A stretch of 64,000 nucleotides of DNA. It comes from an uncultured bacterium. GTDB lineage: Bacteria; Patescibacteriota; JACMRA01. The stretch is from the NCBI GenBank assembly GCA_963704645.1, contig OY969926.1:1-64000 (forward strand), given 5' to 3'. Positions 47,630 through 55,460 of the stretch are shown in pieces (position 1 is the stretch's first letter; each line of letters opens with the position of its first letter). A model generated the notes under the pieces. It saw nothing but the letters and a program-made list of their open reading frames with translations. It made no database searches and was not told where the DNA came from. Both the position numbers and the translations under genes were made by a program.

Positions 47630-48442
47630 CTACCCTCTCAAATAGCCCAATCTTTGTTCTTCTGGAAGTTTTTCTATAGCGTAACGCAAACAAGTACGGC
47701 CTAATTTAGAATAATTTTGATCTAAGAAATTGATTAGCACTGGAAGATCTTTTTTTCCCATTTCGCGCAACATCCAGCCTAAAGCTTTTTGAATTAAATC
47801 GTGTTTATCTGAAATTAGAAGTCTGGCTATTAAATGTAATTCTTCAAACTGACCCATTTTAGTAAAATAAAAAGTGGCTAAAATTGCAATACGCCTATCC
47901 CACAAGTTTTCCGAGTTTGCTAGCTCAAACAATATTGACTTTTGATCAGGGTGTATAAACAAATACCTCCCAACAATTTGCCAAGCCGAAGAATCAACCA
48001 AATCCCAATTATTTACCCCAGCCTTATTTTCCAAATAAAATTCATATATTTTTTGGACCGATATAGGGGCGATCCCCGTGTCGCCATTGTCATTATCATT
48101 TTTTAATATATCTTGAGTATCACCGTGAACATTTTTCACACCAACCTTCTTCCCCACCAACCCAAACTCATTTTCAAATTGCCCAACTAAAATAATCAAC
48201 GCGGTTAATCGATGTTCATGAATTTCAGAACGCAACAACCCTTGGACATCCTGAAGCCCTAAATTTGCATACTTTTTAGCAATTTTTCTTTGCTCTGGAA
48301 CAGTAACCCCAATAAATTTATCACCTTCGGCATAACCGCCTTTGCCAGTTTTAAAGAACCAACTTGAGATGTTGGCTTTTGTAGGTGAAGATAATTCTAA
48401 CAAATCAGATCGTAGGTTTTGGACTGCTGAATTTGAACTCAT
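47630..48442 (-). CDS. DNA alkylation repair protein (AlkD-like HEAT-repeat glycosylase)
   Basis: FFKTG.G.Y.EGDKFIGVTVP, HEHR, NNWDLVD, LWDRR, HDLIQKALGWMLRE.GK, RYAIEK. Confidence 0.9.
   Translation of the reverse strand: MSSNSAVQNLRSDLLELSSPTKANISSWFFKTGKGGYAEGDKFIGVTVPEQRKIAKKYANLGLQDVQGLLRSEIHEHRLTALIILVGQFENEFGLVGKKVGVKNVHGDTQDILKNDNDNGDTGIAPISVQKIYEFYLENKAGVNNWDLVDSSAWQIVGRYLFIHPDQKSILFELANSENLWDRRIAILATFYFTKMGQFEELHLIARLLISDKHDLIQKALGWMLREMGKKDLPVLINFLDQNYSKLGRTCLRYAIEKLPEEQRLGYLRG
48063..48087 (+). repeat. family A REP-like copy inside the AlkD-like CDS (antisense)
   Basis: ATAGGGGCGAT-CCCCGT-GTCGCCAT, within an apparent ~35-aa insertion. Confidence 0.7.
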
Positions 48443-48574
48443 AACTTACATTTGTTAAGCTGTTGGGCGATGTCAATTCTTACTAATTACTTTAATAAAC
48501 ATATATACCCGATTCAATGTTTCAAGAAGTTGTCTTCTCACAAAGTTATGGAGTAATATAATTTACAACTAAAC

Positions 48575-50626
48575 TTACTTTGCCATTGGGTAGCTTTCTG
48601 TAAGCTGTTCAACCAAGTTTTTCTTTCCGAAAATACAAATTCCTAACCAGCCAATTTCTTCTGCTGTCTTAGAGTTCTGTGCTTCCTTAACTTTTATATC
48701 ATTTGAACTATTTAACATTTCTGTTGTAAACAAGCTAACCTCTAATTCCATCTCTTCGGCCAAGTTTTTTAAACTTAGAATATTTAAAGCTTGGTCAGTG
48801 CTTTTCATAACAATAGCATGCTGAATATTCATAGGTATTTTTACACCGTCTGAAGTAGAAGAACTATCAATTTCAATTAAACTAGTTCCAATTCTGGCAG
48901 CTAAAGAAGCAGAAAGATGAGCTGCAGCATTTAGTTTAGTCCAATTAGGAATATCTGGTGTATCCAAAATTACAACATGGGCTACTTTGGTGGTTTTAGA
49001 CTTTACTGTCTTATCTAAATTATTTTGCTCTTTAACGTAAGGGAAAGGTGAGCATTCTCTTATGTGTTTACTAAGTAAAAACGAAACAAATCTTTCACTA
49101 GTTCCAAATCCAGACATTGGAGGCATTCCGTATTCCATGGCCTTTACATAATCTTTATCCATAAATTGTGCTTCTTCGTTACCACTATCCCTTGCTGCTT
49201 GCTGCTCTTCAAATCTTCCAAACTGATCTACAGGATCATTAAGCTCGCTAAAAGCCTTTCCCAACTCAGCTTTTCCAGCTACAACTTGCCATCTTTCGGT
49301 TAAGTTTGGTTGCTCGTTATTTCTTTTAGCTAAAGGTTCAAGCTCAACTGGAGGCAAAACCAAGAAAAACGGATTTGTAGTATTTAATCTAGCTTTTTTC
49401 CATAGTTTATCTAATAAAGTAGCTATTCCATCTTCAATTTTTACATCATTAATTTCATTTTCAGAACAAAGCTTCAAAAGCTCTTCAGCGGTTTTGTTTT
49501 CGGTGTCAATTTTCCCGTTAGTAAAATAGCGTACTGCATCAAAATACTTAATTTTTGGCCAACCACCAACTAATTCCCAATTATTTTTCTTAGCTGTTTC
49601 TTCATCGCACCAGTCTCCCCAGTTTATTATGCTTCCATAGTAATCTGTTTGAATATAATCTCCCAAAATTTCTTTAATCATTCTCTGGTAAACTCTTTTC
49701 ACAAAAACTGCTGCCCAATTGTAATCGGTGTAAGCTTTGTACCATTCAATTGCAGTATAATCTTGTAAATGTTGCGGACTACTACCTTCATTTCTAAATA
49801 CTCTACCAATTTCGTAAACCGATTCAAAACCTCCTGCAATTAATTTCTTTAAAGGAAGTTCAAGACTAATTCTTAAATACATTTCTTGGTCTAATTCGTT
49901 GTAAAAAGTTACAAAAGGCTTGGCTTCTGCCCCGCCGGGAATTAATTCAAAAGTTGGATTTTCAACCGACATAAAACCCTCTTTCTCCATTTCCTCCTTC
50001 CAAATTGACCAATATTTAGCTTTAACTCTCATCAAATCTCTAACACTAACCCCGTTCTCGTCTACAGTATTCATTTTGAAATCAGCTACTCTGTTCAAAT
50101 ATCTAGCTTCCAAATTCTCATAATCCATTTTATCAGGAAGTGGGCGAAGTGCTTTAGTTAAAATCTTAAATTCTTGCACATACAAACTTGGCTCTCCGGT
50201 GGAAGATTCCGCCAAATATCCTGAAGCTTGAATATAATCACCATCATCAATTAAAGTTTTAAAATCTTCATAAGAAAGTAATTGAGTTTCTACGATTGTT
50301 TCTTCAGGCAAAATATCCGACTTAAACACCAATTGAAAACCGGAAGGTAGACTTTCGTCTTCTAAAACTACAAAACCAATTTTACCACTACTTCTTTTTC
50401 TTTTAATTCTTCCGGCTAAAGTAATATTTTCAATTGAACTTTCATTAAACTTTTCAGATAATTCTTGGAAATTTGTTTTAACTTCTAGCAATTTACAGTC
50501 TCTTTTTGAGCCTGCTGGAAATGGGTTAATACCTTTTTCAATAAGCTTGTTCATGGTTATTACACGCAGGTCGCGCTGGGTTTCTACAGAAGATGTATTT
50601 AATTTTGCATTCGGGTTTTCTGTCAT
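48575..50626 (-). CDS. lysS: lysine--tRNA ligase (class II) with a C-terminal DUF2000-like extension
   Basis: AGRI..R..GK..F, GGAEAKPF, YLRIS.EL.LKKL..GG, FRNEG, FSELNDP, EYGMPP. An extra ~140 aa follows (LNAAAHLS...GICIFGKK..V..LT). Start set at ATG 50626. Confidence 0.93.
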   Translation of the reverse strand: MTENPNAKLNTSSVETQRDLRVITMNKLIEKGINPFPAGSKRDCKLLEVKTNFQELSEKFNESSIENITLAGRIKRKRSSGKIGFVVLEDESLPSGFQLVFKSDILPEETIVETQLLSYEDFKTLIDDGDYIQASGYLAESSTGEPSLYVQEFKILTKALRPLPDKMDYENLEARYLNRVADFKMNTVDENGVSVRDLMRVKAKYWSIWKEEMEKEGFMSVENPTFELIPGGAEAKPFVTFYNELDQEMYLRISLELPLKKLIAGGFESVYEIGRVFRNEGSSPQHLQDYTAIEWYKAYTDYNWAAVFVKRVYQRMIKEILGDYIQTDYYGSIINWGDWCDEETAKKNNWELVGGWPKIKYFDAVRYFTNGKIDTENKTAEELLKLCSENEINDVKIEDGIATLLDKLWKKARLNTTNPFFLVLPPVELEPLAKRNNEQPNLTERWQVVAGKAELGKAFSELNDPVDQFGRFEEQQAARDSGNEEAQFMDKDYVKAMEYGMPPMSGFGTSERFVSFLLSKHIRECSPFPYVKEQNNLDKTVKSKTTKVAHVVILDTPDIPNWTKLNAAAHLSASLAARIGTSLIEIDSSSTSDGVKIPMNIQHAIVMKSTDQALNILSLKNLAEEMELEVSLFTTEMLNSSNDIKVKEAQNSKTAEEIGWLGICIFGKKNLVEQLTESYPMAK

Positions 50627-50738
50627 ATTGCTATTTGATATTTGCGATACATAATTAAGCCAATAAAAAATATTTCTTTGCAAGAAAGATGTATGTTTAA
50701 CATATTTTTAGATTAATTTCACTGCGATGAAGTCATAA

Positions 50739-50784
50739 TAAACAGTCACCCTGAACTTGTTTCAGGGTCTAAACAGATGAAAAA
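50739..50784 (+). repeat. family B palindromic repeat, uninterrupted copy
   Basis: TAAACAGTC-ACCCTGAA-CTTGT-TTCAGGGT-CTAAACAGATGAAAA. Confidence 0.8.
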
Positions 50785-50974
50785 GCTAAAACAAAAACTT
50801 TTGCTGTATTTTATCCCATATTCTTAATGGTTTTAAGAACAAAGTATTACTACTCGTAGTTAAAAAAATTCAATGATAATCCACTCTTAAATTTTTAACA
50901 GGCCGGCTTCTTAAAAAGTTCATCCTACCCAGTGTTAACTTAGACACGATGAAAGGACAAAGATATGGCTAATT

Positions 50975-52252
50975 TTACCTCCTCTTAACCTCAATTCCAT
51001 TTGCAGAGTTTTCAATACTTCTAGCTGTAATTACAACTTGATAAGGACAACCTATTAAATCTGCGTCTTTAAATTTTTCGCCTAAGCTTACACCCATTCT
51101 ATCGTCCCACAGAACTTGATCTTTTGGAACATATATTTTCTTACCTTCAAATTCAATTTCTGAGACTTCCCCAGCATAAATTTGGTTTGCAAGGTTTTGG
51201 ATTTTGGATTTCAAAATTTCGTCATCACTATCTCTGTAATTAGTAATAACATGAACTTTAAACGGAGCAACACTTTCTGGTAATTTCAAACCTTTTTCAT
51301 CGCTATAAATTTCAGCCAGAACACCTAAACATCTGCTTGTACCAATTCCGTGACAATTCATAACAGGAACTACCTTTTCATTATTTTTTCCAGTAACTTG
51401 CAAATCAAAGGCCTTACTGTATTTATCTCCTAATTTAAAAATGTTTCCTACCTCCGCTGATTTAGCTTTTAACAAATTTTGAGGAATATCTTGGCCATTT
51501 TTTTCTAATTCTTCTAATATTTCAGAATTAATAGCATACCCATCTTCACTGTATAAAATTTCGTCTTCCCCAGCTTCACACAAAACCTGAAATTCATGAC
51601 TATCGTTATCAGTAAACATTCCGCCACTGGCGTGCACTGCATAAGCTTTTAACCCCATTTCTTCATATATTTTAAAATAAGTTTCTTTTACCAATTCATA
51701 ATATTTGTTAGCGGACTCTTGGTTTAAATGAAAATCGTACATGTCTTTCATTCTAAATTCTCTTCCACGCATTACCCCAGATTTACTTCTTAATTCATCT
51801 CTAAATTTAGTTTGAATTTGATACACAGCGAGTGGGTATATTTCATTTTTTAAATCTAGCTCTGGCAATTCCTTATAACTATTTAAAAAACTTTGCATTA
51901 CAGGCGTAACCTGTTCTTCATGACTGCAGGCCAAAGCGTACATACTTCCAGTTTGGCTTTCTAAACGAAACAAAACGTCTACCTTTTCCTTGTCCCACCT
52001 ATCAGTTTTGTCCCACCAAATTTTAGGATGTAGACTATTCATCAAAATCTCCTGCCCGCCAATAGCATTCATATTTTTACGAACAATATTTTCTATATTA
52101 TTTAAAACCCTAAGACCTAAAGGAAGATAGCTATAAACACCTGCCATTGTTTTATTTAAAAAACCAGCCTTAATTAACAGCTGAGCATTTTTACTAGTTT
52201 CATCCGCAGGATAATCTTTGCTAGTTTTAGTAAAGTTTTTAGAAAGTTTCAT
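50975..52252 (-). CDS. proS: proline--tRNA ligase, short form without the INS editing domain
   Basis: AGVYSYLPLG, SHEE, YQIQTKFRDELR...GVMRGREF.MKD, SHEF, EVGNIFKLG, KFKDADLIG.P. Confidence 0.95.
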   Translation of the reverse strand: MKLSKNFTKTSKDYPADETSKNAQLLIKAGFLNKTMAGVYSYLPLGLRVLNNIENIVRKNMNAIGGQEILMNSLHPKIWWDKTDRWDKEKVDVLFRLESQTGSMYALACSHEEQVTPVMQSFLNSYKELPELDLKNEIYPLAVYQIQTKFRDELRSKSGVMRGREFRMKDMYDFHLNQESANKYYELVKETYFKIYEEMGLKAYAVHASGGMFTDNDSHEFQVLCEAGEDEILYSEDGYAINSEILEELEKNGQDIPQNLLKAKSAEVGNIFKLGDKYSKAFDLQVTGKNNEKVVPVMNCHGIGTSRCLGVLAEIYSDEKGLKLPESVAPFKVHVITNYRDSDDEILKSKIQNLANQIYAGEVSEIEFEGKKIYVPKDQVLWDDRMGVSLGEKFKDADLIGCPYQVVITARSIENSANGIEVKRR

Positions 52253-52414
52253 AATTATTTTATATAATTAGAATTAAGTTTCTTTATTAATTAGTCAATA
52301 AATTAAGCCCTAGACAAACTTACATAAAAAATTCTTGAAAAGTTTATCTGAATTAAAAATCAGAAACAGAAGGTTTGGTTTCAACATCAAATTTTACTTA
52401 AGGGAGGAATTAGA

Positions 52415-52615
52415 ATGAATTTTACACCAACAATATACGTTTTTGAAGTTAAGATTCCTGGAATGTCTACCCTTCGCGTTGAGTTGCAAACAAGAAATTT
52501 TCCCCAGTCTGGAACTGGTAAAGGTTTTATTCCAAACGGTCTCTCACACGAATACATTGAGTTTGATTATTCAAAAGTAACCTCTGACAGATTAATTGAC
52601 CCAGGCCTTGTTTAA
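52415..52615 (+). CDS. small hypothetical protein
   Basis: Strong SD AGGGAGGA and terminator AAGCTG..CAGCTT just downstream. Confidence 0.55.
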   Translation: MNFTPTIYVFEVKIPGMSTLRVELQTRNFPQSGTGKGFIPNGLSHEYIEFDYSKVTSDRLIDPGLV

Positions 52616-52832
52616 TAAATATATCATCTAAGCTGTTCACCGTGAGCAGCTTTAATTTTTGGGGAAATAACGGATTTCAAAAATGATCAGTAACTCATTT
52701 TAATTACAACAAGCATTTTAATAAAGCAAAGTCAGATTACTACGTAAGTATTTAAATATATTTGAAGATAGACACTTACATATAAATTTCTTAAAAAACA
52801 AAAATCTTCCCTTTAAGGAAAGACTGGTGATA

Positions 52833-52841
52833 TGGTGGACC
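52833..52841 (-). other. putative att site: displaced tRNA-Ala/tmRNA-like 3' end (GGTCCACCA)
   Basis: Minus strand reads GGTCCACCA, followed by hairpin TCTTTCC..GGGAAGA and a T-run (about 52795-52825). Gene content switches to accessory here. Confidence 0.55.
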
Positions 52842-53205
52842 TTAGCCTTATAAATTCAAACCAAATCATGGATATTATATCAGACTGGGACGAACTGTTA
52901 AAACCACACAATTACCAGCATTTAATAGAAAAGCCTAGTTTATTAAGCACTGAAGAGGATAATGTAGCCAGTCAGTATCACCTTAATAGATTCTAATAAG
53001 TTATTAATATATCTTATCATTTAATTAATTATAGATTTATAATCAATGATGATTCAATTTATTTTATAAAAATTATTAATATAAGTAGTGACTAGAATAA
53101 AGTAGTCTTATTATTGTGGGAGGTTTGTGTAGTTGATTTATTTTTAGTTTAATTTCATTTTATTAAGTTTAGGGTTTATAAAAGTGTCATAGTTTTAATT
53201 TTTTT

Positions 53206-53322
53206 CTAAATTTTCAGTATATTCGTGCAAACTGAGTAAAGCAAATTTCTGATGTTTTCAATTTCTTGATCAGATAAATTTGGGTCATTAAGAATCGCAC
53301 GACACTGGTCGATTGAAAGCAT
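53206..53322 (-). CDS. 38-aa protein MLSIDQCRAILNDPNLSDQEIENIRNLLYSVCTNILKI (not in the ORF track)
   Basis: Clean ATG-TAG ORF directly downstream of the MerR gene. Resembles, from recollection, small proteins found beside serine recombinases in CPR elements. Confidence 0.55.
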   Translation of the reverse strand: MLSIDQCRAILNDPNLSDQEIENIRNLLYSVCTNILKI

Positions 53323-53353
53323 TAAATTAAAAGTTGTTATTTATAAGTATAAT

Positions 53354-54214
53354 CTATAAATGTTTGGGGTATACTATTTCATCAAATGGGTCATCTGGAT
53401 CAATATTTCGGAGTTTAACCTTTTTTAGCTCTTCAGAAAAATTCACATAATCATATGATGAATTAAAGTTTAGTTCATAATTGGTACTACGATGCTTATC
53501 AAAATAGATTTTATCAAAAGCAAGGTTATCTATCACCAATTCTTTTACTATATCACTAAAGTTTAGAACCATTGAGAACGAGGATTTCAGAATTAAATTA
53601 TTAAGCTCATCTTGTGATTTAAGAATAGTATTTACCGAATCAAAAGCATGCGATTTGAACGTTTCTTCTTTTAAATCAAATAATGATTTTACGCTGTATG
53701 GGTTTGGCTGTATTAATAAATGTAAGTCATCAATATCTTCCCTACCCAAATGAAGCAATATACTTAAAATATAAAAACTGATATTTGGATATTTTATTGA
53801 TTTTATAGTATAATAGCCTTCATTAACGCCAGCCAATTTTTCATCATTTCCTACATGAATCTCTTGAGCATAATAGAGTAATTTTAACTCTTTAATTTTA
53901 TTAAGTGGGTATTTTATGCTTCTAAGCTCTGATACAATTCTAACCCACACCAAATCAATTAAGCTAAATTTTCTCCATTGTTTTAATTCATGCCTCCTAT
54001 CTTCAATAATACCAAGCCTAGTCCAATCGTTAATTACTTTATATGTACTAGAAGTATTTTTAATGGAAAGGCCTTCCTCAGATATTAGATTAACCAACTT
54101 AATGCTTGATTCTCTTGCAAGTAGTAGCAAATAATTTCCAGATTCCACAGAACAAGTATAATCCTCCTTAAAGAGATCAAATTTTTTTGGGTTCGATATT
54201 AAAGGGTATTTCAT
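53354..54214 (-). CDS. MerR-type helix-turn-helix protein
   Basis: YKVINDWTRLGII..R.....WRKFSLIDLVW.RIV.ELR. Confidence 0.75.
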   Translation of the reverse strand: MKYPLISNPKKFDLFKEDYTCSVESGNYLLLLARESSIKLVNLISEEGLSIKNTSSTYKVINDWTRLGIIEDRRHELKQWRKFSLIDLVWVRIVSELRSIKYPLNKIKELKLLYYAQEIHVGNDEKLAGVNEGYYTIKSIKYPNISFYILSILLHLGREDIDDLHLLIQPNPYSVKSLFDLKEETFKSHAFDSVNTILKSQDELNNLILKSSFSMVLNFSDIVKELVIDNLAFDKIYFDKHRSTNYELNFNSSYDYVNFSEELKKVKLRNIDPDDPFDEIVYPKHL

Positions 54215-54406
54215 AAACTATACTTATTAGTATAAAATATTATTTTAATAAATTGGTCAAATAAAAAATCTATCATTGTTCATATTATATGTGTTAGGTA
54301 TTTTAATTTTAACTACAAGCTCTAAAAAATATCAAAACAATTGCACCTTCTAGGATGGTTAGTTAGAGGATATAATTCAATATAATTTTAAAATCTAAGT
54401 TAAGAG

Positions 54407-55363
54407 TTAAACATCTTTATTCTTATAATTTCTATCGATTAAAATATCAGATAGATAACACACAATAAGTCTTGGTAGTTGTGTCAGGAATAGCTTCGAA
54501 GTACTAGCTCTGTTTTCAAAGGTATTCATTAGCATGGATTGTTCAAAATATAATAACTCTAAAAGTGCTCTAATATGGTATTTAAAAGTTTGATTTAAAT
54601 CTTTATTATTTGTAATACCAATTTTAAAGCCCAATTTACCTTCCTCATCTTTTGATGAATGGTATTCCATTATAGATTTTCCGTCCGAAAAATGAGTAAA
54701 GTTGTTACATAAATTATATAAATTTTTTCTAAATTTCTCGGTTTCCATTAAAAACTGATATACAAATTTACCGCTTCTTCCATAAATTCTACCAGACTTA
54801 TTTTCTTCGTCAATAATTTTTTTAAGATTACTTTCTATTCTATTTTTAACTTTTTCAGGCTTTGTATATTTATGATATAATTGTGTACCTTCTAATTTAT
54901 CGGGGTTAAATGCATAAATTAATGCAAATTCATAATCATTCATGAACAAATAAAATATACTTCTTTTCTCAATAAAGCTTCTGTATAGAACTAAGAATTG
55001 ATTTTCTAAACCCTGAACAAACAAATTTCTCAATGTTATTATATCATAAATTAAGAACTCAACTAATTTAATTACTACCATTCCAAATGGTTTTTCTAAA
55101 TCATGTCGATAGATTATCAATTTATTATTATTTAAATCTGAAACCAGTATTTGATGGAGATTAAGAATTGTCATTATTACTAAATCAAACTCATACACAT
55201 ATATTTCATCTTCTTTAGAAGCAGAGTTATATGAAAAGAAAGACATATCATAAGCGGATCTCATATACTCAATGCTATCAATCACTTGTGTGGGATCTAG
55301 CCCTTCAAGCTTATTTGCATTTATTATATGTTCTAAATTTTTATAGAATACATTAACTGACAT
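54407..55363 (-). CDS. DUF5677-like helical protein
   Basis: RxxxE motif (YRSFIE) and LY..C..FTH with a conserved His. Confidence 0.5.
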   Translation of the reverse strand: MSVNVFYKNLEHIINANKLEGLDPTQVIDSIEYMRSAYDMSFFSYNSASKEDEIYVYEFDLVIMTILNLHQILVSDLNNNKLIIYRHDLEKPFGMVVIKLVEFLIYDIITLRNLFVQGLENQFLVLYRSFIEKRSIFYLFMNDYEFALIYAFNPDKLEGTQLYHKYTKPEKVKNRIESNLKKIIDEENKSGRIYGRSGKFVYQFLMETEKFRKNLYNLCNNFTHFSDGKSIMEYHSSKDEEGKLGFKIGITNNKDLNQTFKYHIRALLELLYFEQSMLMNTFENRASTSKLFLTQLPRLIVCYLSDILIDRNYKNKDV

Positions 55364-55460
55364 ATTATTTTAAATAAATTTTACTGCGATACTACTTAAA
55401 TTTTTTTCTAAACCATACATTATTATTGGGTTTTTTGTTACTGTTAGCGTGCTTATTGAA

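Noticed and set aside
52833-52910. Intact tRNA gene
   Set aside because: Only the acceptor 3' end matches. The GGTTTGAAT segment is about 5 nt out of register for a T-loop and no cloverleaf forms.
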